Source: SAR202 cluster bacterium | Lineage (GTDB): Bacteria; Chloroflexota; Dehalococcoidia; Lucifugimonadales; VXLM01 | Reading direction: 5' to 3' | DNA length: 64,000 bases | Assembly (NCBI GenBank): GCA_022448725.1 | Contig: JAKUTR010000012.1 | Location: forward strand, 4,066-68,065 | Shown here: one piece after another, positions 39,355 through 49,802 of the stretch | Position numbering within the stretch: the stretch's first letter is position 1 | Layout of the letters: every line of letters begins with the position of its first letter | Position numbers and translations under genes: made by a program | The notes under the pieces: generated by a model | What the model saw: only the letters and a program-made list of their open reading frames with translations | Databases searched by the model: none | What the model was told of the DNA's origin: nothing

Positions 39355-40464
39355 ATGATAGATAGATTCAAGGTTACCGCTCATAATTCAACTCGTGTTG
39401 AAGAGACAGCCCTTCGTGAGACCGTTAGAAGCATTTTCACCGCGTGTGGAGTGAGTCCAAAGGATGCTGATACTGCGACAGACGTCTTGGTAACCGCAGA
39501 CCTTCGAGGGATCGACAGTCATGGAGTATCTAATTCGCTACGTGGTTATGTGCAAGGGTTTCATGATCAGGAACTAAATCCGACACCCGAGTGGCGCGTA
39601 GTCCGCGAAACACCGGGCACTGCGAACATTGACTCTGATGCCGGTTTGGGAATCATGGTGGCGCCAAGGGCTATGGAAATCGCGATCGATAAAGCATCAA
39701 AAGTAGGTGTCGGAACCGTCACAATCCATAATAGCCGTCACCTAGGAATGATCTCTTACCATGCAATGATGGCCCTCCCACACGACATGATCGGAATGAC
39801 AATGTCATCGTGCCCAGTAAACGTAAATCCAACCTTTGCAGCCGAGCCCCGGTTAGGCACGAATCCCATAGCAATCGCAGCTCCAGCAGGCACAGAGAAG
39901 CCTTTCGTCTTTGATGCCGCAATGAGCGTAGTACCTGCTAATAGGCTAATATGGGCCTTACGACTGGACCAAGATCTGATGCCAGGCTGGGTTGCGGATG
40001 ATGATGGCACACCTCTGATGCATCCTGTCCCTCCTCCAGAACTTGGAGATGATGGCATCCCACAAGCTAACATTCTGCCCCTAGGTAGTACACACGAACT
40101 CGGATCACACAAAGGCTACGGTTTGATGGCGATGGTAGACATCCTCAGCGGTATACTTAGTGGAGGTGGCTATGGAGTCAAACCTGGTCGCCCTACCTTC
40201 AATCACTACGTCACAGCGTACAATATTGAAGCTTTTACGGAAGTTACAGAATACAAGCAGATGATGGATGAGTGGCTTGTGATGCTGAAAAATACAAAAC
40301 CATCTCCCGGGCATGAACGCGTCCTGTACGCAGGCTTGAAGGAAGCCGAAACCCTAGCCGATCGCAAATCCAATGGGATACCGCTCCACGCTGAAGTACT
40401 GAGTTGGTTCGATACAGCTTGTCAAAAACTGGGAGTTGAGAACGCCTTACAAAACCGTTTTTAG
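39355..40464 (+). CDS. Ldh_2 family (malate/L-lactate/sulfolactate) dehydrogenase
   Basis: DLRGIDSHG, GTNPIA, HKGYGL. Confidence 0.9.
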   Translation: MIDRFKVTAHNSTRVEETALRETVRSIFTACGVSPKDADTATDVLVTADLRGIDSHGVSNSLRGYVQGFHDQELNPTPEWRVVRETPGTANIDSDAGLGIMVAPRAMEIAIDKASKVGVGTVTIHNSRHLGMISYHAMMALPHDMIGMTMSSCPVNVNPTFAAEPRLGTNPIAIAAPAGTEKPFVFDAAMSVVPANRLIWALRLDQDLMPGWVADDDGTPLMHPVPPPELGDDGIPQANILPLGSTHELGSHKGYGLMAMVDILSGILSGGGYGVKPGRPTFNHYVTAYNIEAFTEVTEYKQMMDEWLVMLKNTKPSPGHERVLYAGLKEAETLADRKSNGIPLHAEVLSWFDTACQKLGVENALQNRF

Positions 40465-40525
40465 CACACACATGACCCTAGCTCATCCAAAGGAACTGAA
40501 CCTCAACCGAAGCATTTGAGATACT

Positions 40526-42133
40526 CTAATTAAACGGATCCGGCATCATCCCAACTGGCACCTCGATAAGGGTTGGTGACTCGATTGAGATTGACTCCTT
40601 CAGTTTACGTTCAAGATCTTCAGGACCACTAGCCTGCACACCACGTACACCGTAGGCATCCGCTAATTTCATAAAATCTGGGTTAGTAATTTCAGAGCCG
40701 TAATGCCTACCATCGAATATATTAATCTGATCGCGGTACACATTGCCAAAAGTGTTGTCGTTAAAAACGATCACAACCGCATTTATACCGTACCTTGCAG
40801 CAGTGGCGAGCTCTTGAGAATTGAACAAAAAACCTCCGTCTCCTGATATAGCTACAACTGGGACATCAGGCTTAGCAACCTTGGCACCCAAAGCAGTTGG
40901 GTATGCATATCCAAGATTCCCAAAGTATGACGAAGTGATATAGCTTCTTGGGTTCTGGACCTTGAAAAGCTCCCGAGCTGCATAGCCGATCTGAGTCACC
41001 CCCTCTACAACAATTGCCTCATCAGGTAGAGCCCCCTGTATGGCAGCAGCGAAGTCACCCTGAGGTTGGGTCTGATTTTCGCGAAGATGTCGCTTTGCCT
41101 TAATGGCCCTAACTTCGTCCGATCGACTGGGACGTCGAGGGCTAGCTTTGATGGTGTCAAAGAGCCGGTTCAAAGTCAGTTTTGCATCACCGACCACTGG
41201 GTAAGCTTGAGGGAAATTGCGCCCAATCTCCTCAGGATCAATGTCAATCTGTACGATGTTGTGCTCTCTGGTCAAATTTGTGCGACCTAGTCGTGTCCCC
41301 ACTCCAATTACTAGGTCAGCCTCATCAACAAGGGTAGCCAACTCTGAGGGACCAAACTTCCACCCTGGAGTTCCAATACACAACTCATGGTCATAAGGTA
41401 TCGCCCCTTTGCCTTCAGCAGAGGTCATCACCGGTGCCTGTATGTGTTCAGCTAGTTTTTTCAGAGGTTCCGTAGCATCCGCAACCATTACTCCCCATCC
41501 GGCCCAGATAAGGGGGCGATCCGACTCAGATATCCTCCTGGCGACTTCGGCTATATCCTCATCATTCGGAGCAACTGTGGAGTATTCCTCTGGTTCCAAT
41601 AACTCCACATCACGTTCATCCGAAAGCGTATCCCAAGCAATCTCAATCTCCACTGGACGCTGCCTACCAGTCGAAAGATACCGGAATGCTTCATGTACTG
41701 TTTCAGGTATCCTCGCCACGTTAGTCATTCTGCCTTGCCATTTTGTAATGGGCCTAACTACATCCATTTGGTCATTCACTTCATGCAAGGCTCCAGTGTC
41801 CTTACCAATCTCGTGAGTGTATGCCTGACCAGAAATGAGTAACATGGGTGTTGAGGCTGAATAGGCGGTTCCAACTCCAGCCGCCGCATTTAGAAGCCCA
41901 GGACCGGGCACAACCAGGGCAGTACCCATCCCTTCTCCGCCTACCTTTGAGTAACCAAACGCCATATAGGCAGCCGCTTGTTCATGCCGCACAGTGATGA
42001 ATCTGATTCCGGGTTCGTCAATAAGAGCATCCATTGCGTGGTACAGTTGTACGCCAGGCATTCCAAATATCGTGCGAACGCCCTCGCGATAGAGCGACTT
42101 CATAAGGGCCTGACCGCCCGTCATTTTCGACAT
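40526..42133 (-). CDS. Thiamine-diphosphate-dependent enzyme (acetolactate synthase/decarboxylase-like)
   Basis: RHEQAA, GPGLLN, GDGGF...NDN ThDP motif. Confidence 0.9.
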   Translation of the reverse strand: MSKMTGGQALMKSLYREGVRTIFGMPGVQLYHAMDALIDEPGIRFITVRHEQAAAYMAFGYSKVGGEGMGTALVVPGPGLLNAAAGVGTAYSASTPMLLISGQAYTHEIGKDTGALHEVNDQMDVVRPITKWQGRMTNVARIPETVHEAFRYLSTGRQRPVEIEIAWDTLSDERDVELLEPEEYSTVAPNDEDIAEVARRISESDRPLIWAGWGVMVADATEPLKKLAEHIQAPVMTSAEGKGAIPYDHELCIGTPGWKFGPSELATLVDEADLVIGVGTRLGRTNLTREHNIVQIDIDPEEIGRNFPQAYPVVGDAKLTLNRLFDTIKASPRRPSRSDEVRAIKAKRHLRENQTQPQGDFAAAIQGALPDEAIVVEGVTQIGYAARELFKVQNPRSYITSSYFGNLGYAYPTALGAKVAKPDVPVVAISGDGGFLFNSQELATAARYGINAVVIVFNDNTFGNVYRDQINIFDGRHYGSEITNPDFMKLADAYGVRGVQASGPEDLERKLKESISIESPTLIEVPVGMMPDPFN

Positions 42134-42238
42134 AGTCACCATCCTCGTACAGTATCGAGATATAGAGTACAGGGACAGGTAATAGGGGTCTAGGGTTTCC
42201 AGTTGGCGTTCTGATTATCAGTAGGTATGATTGCAAAA

Positions 42239-43423
42239 ATGAGACTAATTCGAAGAGCACTGAAAGCACTAGTTTGGGTTTTGGGTATATGTGTGGTCAT
42301 ATTCTTAGCTGCCGTGTGGTACTACGCCGACATGTTGAGAGATAAAGCGCTATCCCTAGAACGAGATCCCACTGTTTACGATTTAAGAGTTGCCGCTGTA
42401 GACGATGAGACGATAACACTTGAACCTGTTGTGGAAGATCCCACTGATCGATGGGAAAAGGCAGGGGTTTGGGGACTAGAGTGGGAAGGCGGGTATGGTC
42501 GCATTAAACTGTCAAATACCATAACTAAAGAGTCCCCCACGATCCACCAATTCACCATGATCAAAGATGAACCTTCAATAGGTACGCTCGTGACCGTCGA
42601 CGGCTTTGCCTTCCGGGGAGACCCCAAAACAACTCGTGTGGTCACATTCGAAGACGTCGTGATTCAGAGTTTCGTTGGCAATTGTGCTCTGTGCCTGAAA
42701 GACTTCCCTGCTTGGTTTACCCAAGGCACCCAGGATCCCTGGGTGATCTTTGTCCACGGTAAGGGATCAAACAGAGCTGAGGCTCTGCGTATTCTCAAGG
42801 AAGTTAGTAACGCTGGATACCCCACTCTTTCAATTACGTACCGTAATGATGAAGGCTTGGCTCAAAGCGAATCAGGTTTCTACGACTATGGAGCCACTGA
42901 ATGGAAAGATCTAGAAGCGGCGGTGGCATTTGCTCGTGATGCCGGAGCAGAGAATATAGTGCTCTATGGGTTTAGCATGGGCGGGGCAATCGTCACGAGT
43001 TACCTTGTTAACTCGGAAGAACAAAACGGCATCACTGGAGCCATCCTAGACTCACCAGCGCTAAGTCTAGAGGCTGCTATCGACCATGGGGCCGAGCAAA
43101 CATACTTACCCGTAGTTGGAGGTTCTCTTCCACGTCCATTAACCAGCACGGCGAAACTAGTCGCAAAGGTTCGTTTTGGTCTGGATTTAGACCGGATTAA
43201 CTATCTTCAACGCGCAGACGAGCTAACGGTGCCAATTTTGCTTATCCAAGGTGACATTGACGACACAGTACCAGCTTGGACCAGTAGACAGTTGGCTACA
43301 ACGCGACCGGATATTGTCACCTACCTCGAATTAGCAAACGTCGGTCATGTAGAGGGATGGAACATGGAACAGCGCCTGTATGAAAGAACCGTCCTAGAGT
43401 TCTTATCCGGACAAACTAAATAA
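42239..43423 (+). CDS. Membrane-anchored alpha/beta hydrolase
   Basis: N-terminal TM, VHG, GFSMGG nucleophile, DDTVP, GHVE; start could be 42227. Confidence 0.88.
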   Translation: MRLIRRALKALVWVLGICVVIFLAAVWYYADMLRDKALSLERDPTVYDLRVAAVDDETITLEPVVEDPTDRWEKAGVWGLEWEGGYGRIKLSNTITKESPTIHQFTMIKDEPSIGTLVTVDGFAFRGDPKTTRVVTFEDVVIQSFVGNCALCLKDFPAWFTQGTQDPWVIFVHGKGSNRAEALRILKEVSNAGYPTLSITYRNDEGLAQSESGFYDYGATEWKDLEAAVAFARDAGAENIVLYGFSMGGAIVTSYLVNSEEQNGITGAILDSPALSLEAAIDHGAEQTYLPVVGGSLPRPLTSTAKLVAKVRFGLDLDRINYLQRADELTVPILLIQGDIDDTVPAWTSRQLATTRPDIVTYLELANVGHVEGWNMEQRLYERTVLEFLSGQTK

Positions 43424-43427
43424 CAAT

Positions 43428-45131
43428 TTAGTCAGCTAACACTCCCTGTACATACTCGACTAGTGAGGACGTCGCTATTATTGCTGCCTCGCTGGACGCA
43501 CGTAGTTTTACCTCAACCACCCCTTGTTTCATATTGCGAGGGCTAACAACTACTCGTATCGGTAGGCCCAGTAGATCAGCATCATTGAACTTAACTCCAG
43601 CAGATTCATCACGATCATCGAGCAACACGTCTAACCCTTTGGATTGCAACTCGTCATGAAGTGCGACTGCCTCGTTTAGGACTTCCTGTTTGTCAACGCT
43701 AAGTGCGGTAATCCACACGTCATAGGGTGCAATACTAGGTGGGAATACAATCCCATCTTCATCATGGTTTTGTTCAATACTAGAAGCCAGCAAACGACCA
43801 ACACCGATACCGTAACAGCCCATGATGATAGGTTCTTGGGTACCATGCTCTGTCGGGAACAACGCCCCTAGAGCCTCCGCATATTTTGTGCCCAGCTTAA
43901 AAACGTGCCCTACCTCAATACCCCGACGGCTCACCATGGGGGACTCACACTTTATACATGCATCGCCCTCATGCGCCAATGCTATGTCAGTTTTCACATC
44001 GGCCTCAAAATCTCGGGGGAAGTTGGCATTGAGCAGATGGTAATCGTGTTTATTCGCACCAACCACAAAGTTAGATCCCATCCCTACAGACTCATCAGCT
44101 ACTATGGTTATAGTAGAAAGTCCAACTGGTGACGCTGAGCCAGCTACAAGCCCTGCCATTTCGACTTGTTCTGGGGTGGCAATGACAAGTTCTCCAGCTC
44201 CTAATGCATTCTTAAGCTTAACCTCATTAACCTCTAGGTCTCCACGCACTACAGCTATGATCACATCTCCATCTGCTGAATAGAAAACCACCTTCAATGT
44301 TTTACTTGTTGGAACTCCGACGAAATCGGCCAAAGCATCGATAGTCTTGATACCAGGCGTGTGGATTTCTTCAAGAGGTAGTTCACTGTCCTCCCGATGG
44401 CTAGATTTTATGAATGCAGCCTTCTCATCGTTTGCAGCATAGCCACACCCTTCCCTTTCACACATCAGAATCGTGTCCTCACCTACATCTGTAAGAGCCA
44501 TGAATTCTTGAGAATCCTTGCCTCCTATCGCTCCGCTATCAGCCTCCACTTTTACAAAATCCAAGCCACACTCTGCAAAGATCTTGTTATACCCACGTAC
44601 CATCGCCTGGTAACTCAAATCAAGTCCTGCTTCATCTGAATCAAAACTGTAGGCATCCTTCATATCAAACTCCCTGACCCGAAGAAGGCCTCCGCGAGGC
44701 CGTTCCTCGTCACGGAATTTAGTCTGGATTTGATATAGGATCTGGGGCAGATCCCGGTAACTGTTAACGTTGTTTCTAACGATGGAAGTGATCTCTTCCT
44801 CATGGGTCGGTGCAATAACTAACTCACGTTCTCGACGATCACGGACTTTGAGAAGCACGTCCTGCATATCACTTGCACGACCTGATTCTTCCCATAATTC
44901 AACTGGCTGAAGAGCGGACATTCGGAGTTCCTGGGCACCTTCAGCATCCATTTCATGACGAATAATTGCCTCAATTTTCCTTAAGGAACGCCAGGCCAAA
45001 GGCAAGTAAGCATAAACGCCAGCTGCAACTTGATGAATAAGTCCAGCACGCAGCATAAGACGATGGCTAGCTATTTCTGCTTCAGCTGGATCGTCACGCA
45101 GGGTTTTCCCGAATAGTTTTGATACACGCAT
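43428..45131 (-). CDS. proS: Proline--tRNA ligase with INS editing domain
   Basis: PTHEE, FRDEERPRGGLLRVREF, GCYGIGVGR, anticodon-binding domain. Confidence 0.98.
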   Translation of the reverse strand: MRVSKLFGKTLRDDPAEAEIASHRLMLRAGLIHQVAAGVYAYLPLAWRSLRKIEAIIRHEMDAEGAQELRMSALQPVELWEESGRASDMQDVLLKVRDRRERELVIAPTHEEEITSIVRNNVNSYRDLPQILYQIQTKFRDEERPRGGLLRVREFDMKDAYSFDSDEAGLDLSYQAMVRGYNKIFAECGLDFVKVEADSGAIGGKDSQEFMALTDVGEDTILMCEREGCGYAANDEKAAFIKSSHREDSELPLEEIHTPGIKTIDALADFVGVPTSKTLKVVFYSADGDVIIAVVRGDLEVNEVKLKNALGAGELVIATPEQVEMAGLVAGSASPVGLSTITIVADESVGMGSNFVVGANKHDYHLLNANFPRDFEADVKTDIALAHEGDACIKCESPMVSRRGIEVGHVFKLGTKYAEALGALFPTEHGTQEPIIMGCYGIGVGRLLASSIEQNHDEDGIVFPPSIAPYDVWITALSVDKQEVLNEAVALHDELQSKGLDVLLDDRDESAGVKFNDADLLGLPIRVVVSPRNMKQGVVEVKLRASSEAAIIATSSLVEYVQGVLAD

Positions 45132-45313
45132 AGTTGTGACTTCTAGTTAAAAGGGGGTCTGATTATACATCCATATGTTTCGGTATCATCACACGCAGTA
45201 TCAATTAATCGGCCGGGTATTACGAGGTTTTCACCTTAGGTTCGCAAACTTTCGCACCGACACCGCTTCATCTTTAAAGACTTTCGTTGTGTAAAGATCT
45301 CCCCGAACTCTAT

Positions 45314-46459
45314 TCACGATAAAGCCACCAGGTCTTGTTCGGCCTGTTTAATCTCTTCCATCAGTGCAGCCAACATCTCTTCTTCTTGGACAATACGTGC
45401 CTTCTGACCTTTACGGAAAATGATTGCCCTGCCATTACCCGCGGCGATACCCACATCAGCATCCTTTGCCTCACCTGGACCATTCACTTCACAGCCCATG
45501 ACAGCAACTTTGATTGGAGTCTTTATCTGTTTCAGCATTTCGTCTACGGTGTTAGACAATTTGTGCACATCAACATCAGCACGACCACAACTCGGACAGG
45601 CGACTAGGACTGCTCCTTCTTTCCTCAGTTCCAACGACTTTAGAATCTCCAAACCCGTGTATACCTCTTCGCGCGAGTCGTCGCTAAGGGAAACTCGGAT
45701 AGTGTCTCCAATACCCTCATATAGCAACATTCCTAACCCAATAGCACTACGTACACTGCCGGCTTTAGCAGTACCTGCCTCCGTAATACCCAAATGTAGG
45801 GGGTACGGAACCAACGCAGCCATACGGCGGTAGGATTCGACGGTGGTATCAATATCAAAGGCTTTCATAGATATCTTTATAAGATCAAAGTCCAGGTCCT
45901 CGAGTATCCCAATCTCCCATAGCCCAGTGTCAACCATGTGATCAACTACCGTGTATTCTCCTGAATTGGCTTCACTCGGCTTAGGCAACTTATTCACGCC
46001 GTCTAGATGGCGGTGCTGTGCTCGAGTTACGCCTATCTTTCCAACTGGGGGCAAACTCCCAAAATTGACACCAATACGAATAGGTATCTGCCGAATTTTT
46101 GCTTCTTTGACAATCTTCTCAACCTTGGACCGGTCGCGGATGTTGCCAGGATTAAGACGAAGACAATCGACTCCACTGGCAATTGCCTCGAGAGCTAGCT
46201 GATAGTGAAAATGAATATCTGCGATCAGAGGAATATTGATTTTGCTCTTGATCTCCGCAAGGGCCTTAGCAGCATCCATATCAGGAACCGCGCAACGTAT
46301 GATGTCGCAGCCAGCCTCTTCAAGACCTCTGATTTGCTCGACAGTTGCAACAACATCGCGAGTATCAGTTTTAGTCATCGACTGAACTGTTATTGGAGAG
46401 TCTCCCCCCACAGCCACTTCTCCAATCTGAATCAGTTTAGATACTCTCTTTTTTTTCAT
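45314..46459 (-). CDS. ispG: 4-hydroxy-3-methylbut-2-en-1-yl diphosphate synthase
   Basis: VQSMT, ADIHF, RLNPGN, HLGITEAG, CPSCGR, GCEVNGPGE. Confidence 0.97.
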   Translation of the reverse strand: MKKKRVSKLIQIGEVAVGGDSPITVQSMTKTDTRDVVATVEQIRGLEEAGCDIIRCAVPDMDAAKALAEIKSKINIPLIADIHFHYQLALEAIASGVDCLRLNPGNIRDRSKVEKIVKEAKIRQIPIRIGVNFGSLPPVGKIGVTRAQHRHLDGVNKLPKPSEANSGEYTVVDHMVDTGLWEIGILEDLDFDLIKISMKAFDIDTTVESYRRMAALVPYPLHLGITEAGTAKAGSVRSAIGLGMLLYEGIGDTIRVSLSDDSREEVYTGLEILKSLELRKEGAVLVACPSCGRADVDVHKLSNTVDEMLKQIKTPIKVAVMGCEVNGPGEAKDADVGIAAGNGRAIIFRKGQKARIVQEEEMLAALMEEIKQAEQDLVALS

Positions 46460-46500
46460 TTGTTTGCCTTCATTAATGCACCATTCAAGCTCAGTGATGA

Positions 46501-47706
46501 CTACCGTATGAAACTGTCTCCAGCAATGATTCGTAGGACGTCCCGGTAGCTCATTATCACAATCAGACCGATTAGAGTCGCAAACCCAACCAGGTGCACA
46601 AACCCTTCTCGTCGAGGCGAAATACGTTTACCTCGACGGAGCCATTCTATGATAACGAACAGAAGACGACCACCATCGAGAGCTGGGATAGGTAGAACGT
46701 TAATTACACCCAAACTAACGCTCAATAATGCTACGAATTCAAAGAGTGGGGAGAATCCGATATGCGGTATCTCTCCTGCAATTTCGCCTGTAGCCTGAGC
46801 GATACCCACTGGCCCTGCGATTCCAGGATCAGGCCCTCCACGGGCCCATTGAATAAATCCTCTCCGCGTGACGACCACAACATCCCAAACACGAGCGACC
46901 GCCAACGGTACTGAATCCCAGACCGGATAGCGACTGCTAACCACCTTAGGGTTCACAGTACCAATCATTACCCCCATAGCACCCTGACGGACCTTATCTC
47001 CTGGTTGCGCATCGGGATTAATGAGCAGAATCTCCTCTAGCGCAATTTCATTCACTGGATCTTTGACCTGATGGACAACCGTCTGCTCCGGAACGTGGAG
47101 TCGGGGCACTAGTGTGATCTTTTCAACGGGGGCAAGCTCTGGTGAAAAGGGAATCCCGGCAACGATTGTTCCTCTACGTACTGTGAACTCTGTGGCTTTA
47201 CCAAGCCGTAAGGTAACTTCCCGGACTAATTCGAGGTGGTTATTAATTTTATTACCTTCAATCTCAAGCACAGAATCATTAGGTCGAATACCTGCAGCTT
47301 GAGCCGGTGAACCGGGAGATACCCCGGAAATTACAACCGTTCCAACAATAGTATCGTGGGGCAAGATGAACAGCACTGTAAAAACAATAATAGGGAATAC
47401 CAGGTTCATAAATGAACCCGCGGTTAGCACAATCACCCTCTTCCAAATTGCTTGTCTAGCAAAACTCCTCGGGTGTCTAGGATTTTCTTCACCAACCATA
47501 CGAACGAATCCACCCAAAGGAACCCAATTCAACGAGTAAAGCGTGCCCCTGTATCGAACTCCCAAGATTCTAGGAGGGAACCCAAACCCAAACTCTGTGA
47601 CCTTGATCCCAAACCACTTAGCCGTAACAAAATGGCCAAGTTCATGGATGAACACAAGAAATCCCAGGATGGGTATTATCAGCAACCAGCCAGGCAGTCC
47701 AAACAT
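46501..47706 (-). CDS. rseP: Site-2 zinc metalloprotease RseP with PDZ domain
   Basis: HELGH, PLGGFV, NVLPIPALDGG. Confidence 0.95.
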   Translation of the reverse strand: MFGLPGWLLIIPILGFLVFIHELGHFVTAKWFGIKVTEFGFGFPPRILGVRYRGTLYSLNWVPLGGFVRMVGEENPRHPRSFARQAIWKRVIVLTAGSFMNLVFPIIVFTVLFILPHDTIVGTVVISGVSPGSPAQAAGIRPNDSVLEIEGNKINNHLELVREVTLRLGKATEFTVRRGTIVAGIPFSPELAPVEKITLVPRLHVPEQTVVHQVKDPVNEIALEEILLINPDAQPGDKVRQGAMGVMIGTVNPKVVSSRYPVWDSVPLAVARVWDVVVVTRRGFIQWARGGPDPGIAGPVGIAQATGEIAGEIPHIGFSPLFEFVALLSVSLGVINVLPIPALDGGRLLFVIIEWLRRGKRISPRREGFVHLVGFATLIGLIVIMSYRDVLRIIAGDSFIR

Positions 47707-47709
47707 TTG

Positions 47710-48849
47710 CTAAGTTAACATTTTCCGAACTTCACTTTTGGCCCAGGATGCCGCTTCCAAAGATTGGATTGGGGTGGGATCTTCGATCGCATCATGAGTC
47801 TGAAGAGCCTGCTCTATTACCACCGCAATATCAGTAAACTTAATCTCCCCGCCCAAAAACATTTCAACCGCTACCTCATCCGCACCACATAACGCTGCTG
47901 GCCACGTCCCCCCACGCTTGGCAACTCTTAAAGCTAATTCGAAACAAGGGTATCTTTCAGCTTCGAGCTCCCTGAAGGTAAGTTCTCCCACTTTCACAGG
48001 GTCGAACCGTGAAATTTCCGGATTTCTGATGCGTTCCGGATAAAGAAGGGAGTATTGAATCGGTAGATGCATATCTGGAGGACTGATCTGCGCTTTAACA
48101 GAACCGTCCACGAACTCAACCATTGAGTGAACATAGCTTTGCGGGTGTATAACAACTTCGATATCCTCCCACGCGACTCCAAAAAGCCAGTGAGCCTCAA
48201 TCACTTCAAATGCTTTGTTCATCAAAGTTGCTGAATCAACAGTGATCTTTGCACCCATCTCCCAAGTCGGGTGATTCAATGCTTCTTCGGGACTGACTCC
48301 GTGCAATTGGTTGAGGTCATAGTCACGAAATGACCCCCCTGAGGCCGTAATCACCAGCTTAGATATATTTTCGCTCTCTCCACGGATACATTGCCAAATA
48401 GCGTTAGGCTCACTATCCATGGGTAGTAAGTTAACTTGGTGGAGATTGGCAAGTTCAGTCAAAGCCTTACCAGCTATTATGACGGACTCTTTATTGGCAA
48501 TCGCAACGTCCTTCCCCGCCTCGATGGCCGCGATAGTCGGCACTAACGCAACATCTCCGACAGTTGCAGTTACCAGCAAGTCCACGTCAGGATGAATGGC
48601 CATATCAAGCATAGAGAGTGGCTGAGAACCAAACTGTCCTAAGCGCTCAAGTTGCTGCGGCATCCCTTCACAAGCAAAATATTTTGGCTCAAATTCTGCT
48701 ATCTGGGCACCGAGCCGGGCCAGATTACGGTGAGCAGCTAAACCAACAACGTCAAAAATATTGGGGAATAGACGAACAACATCCAAGGTCTGGGTCCCTA
48801 CAGAGCCTGTCGAGCCCAGAATTGCTAAACCTTTCAGGTTGCGACCCAT
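47710..48849 (-). CDS. dxr: 1-deoxy-D-xylulose-5-phosphate reductoisomerase
   Basis: LGSTGSVG, ANKES, TASGG, HPTWEMGAKITVDSATLMNK. Confidence 0.97.
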   Translation of the reverse strand: MGRNLKGLAILGSTGSVGTQTLDVVRLFPNIFDVVGLAAHRNLARLGAQIAEFEPKYFACEGMPQQLERLGQFGSQPLSMLDMAIHPDVDLLVTATVGDVALVPTIAAIEAGKDVAIANKESVIIAGKALTELANLHQVNLLPMDSEPNAIWQCIRGESENISKLVITASGGSFRDYDLNQLHGVSPEEALNHPTWEMGAKITVDSATLMNKAFEVIEAHWLFGVAWEDIEVVIHPQSYVHSMVEFVDGSVKAQISPPDMHLPIQYSLLYPERIRNPEISRFDPVKVGELTFRELEAERYPCFELALRVAKRGGTWPAALCGADEVAVEMFLGGEIKFTDIAVVIEQALQTHDAIEDPTPIQSLEAASWAKSEVRKMLT

Positions 48850-49643
48850 ATCGAAAAATAGTACACGAGGGGTATGTTGAAAACAATGGAATCAAGACGG
48901 TCAAGAACACCTCCATGGCCTGGAAGAAGACTACCTGAATCCTTGACCCCCGCCCAACGTTTGGCAGCTGATTCGACCAAATCACCTATCTGACCAGCAA
49001 CGCCGAGAAGTGTCCCTAACAGAATGGCCTGCAGGAAGGTCATCCCTAAACTTAGGAATACAACAACGGCAACAGTTGTCGTTATTGCTGCTAAAAGGTT
49101 GCCTACAGCGCCTTCCCAAGTCTTTGCAGGACTGATCGCATGGGCAAGTAAGTGACGACCGAAAGATTTCCCTAGGATAAGTGCTGTGGAATCTGCAATA
49201 AAAGTGACTGCAACCAAGAGAATTACCCATTCAAATCCTTGGTCAAGGTCTCGAACCAATAGTACTAGGGAAAGGGGTGCTGCTGGATAGAAGGCGGCAA
49301 CAGCTGTCGCCGCGAAAGAGTTGACCTCCAGCCTACCAGGCACTCGTCTTAGGAAAAGGGTTACAGCGCCGAGAAGTGCTGCCAACACCACAGAAAACAG
49401 AATGATCTGTTGCCCTTGTACCGAAGCAACTTGGCCATGAACGAATACAACGCAGCATCCAGCCCAAATACCCGCACACACTGAGAAAGGCTTCAGGCCT
49501 CGGGCTCGGGCCAGCCGACACACTTCTAAGGCGCCCACCACGCCTAGAGCAGTAATCCCTAGTGTGAGGAAAAGATCTCCAAGCCAAATCAATAATATTA
49601 CTATTGGCACAGTCACGATAGCTGTGCAGACACGTGCCATCAT
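48834..49643 (-). CDS. cdsA: Phosphatidate cytidylyltransferase
   Basis: Multi-TM; ISPAKTWEG, GDLVESAAKRWAGVKDSG..PGHGGVLDRLDS. Confidence 0.95.
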   Translation of the reverse strand: MMARVCTAIVTVPIVILLIWLGDLFLTLGITALGVVGALEVCRLARARGLKPFSVCAGIWAGCCVVFVHGQVASVQGQQIILFSVVLAALLGAVTLFLRRVPGRLEVNSFAATAVAAFYPAAPLSLVLLVRDLDQGFEWVILLVAVTFIADSTALILGKSFGRHLLAHAISPAKTWEGAVGNLLAAITTTVAVVVFLSLGMTFLQAILLGTLLGVAGQIGDLVESAAKRWAGVKDSGSLLPGHGGVLDRLDSIVFNIPLVYYFSIWVAT

Positions 49644-49802
49644 TTAGCTATACAGGCTTTTGTAGGATCACTAGAGTAAATTACTGTTTGCCTTAAGCAG
49701 CAGTATTTTTGAGGGGCTAGAAGAATACTTCCTACAAATGAGATCATCACAATTGAGTTGAATGTGGGATTGTACGCATTGTTCCTGGGGATTAGGAACG
49801 GG

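Noticed and set aside
45132..45313. Possible T-box upstream of proS
   Set aside because: No GGTGGNACCGCG T-box motif, and a TATAAT about 30 nt before the start implies a short leader.
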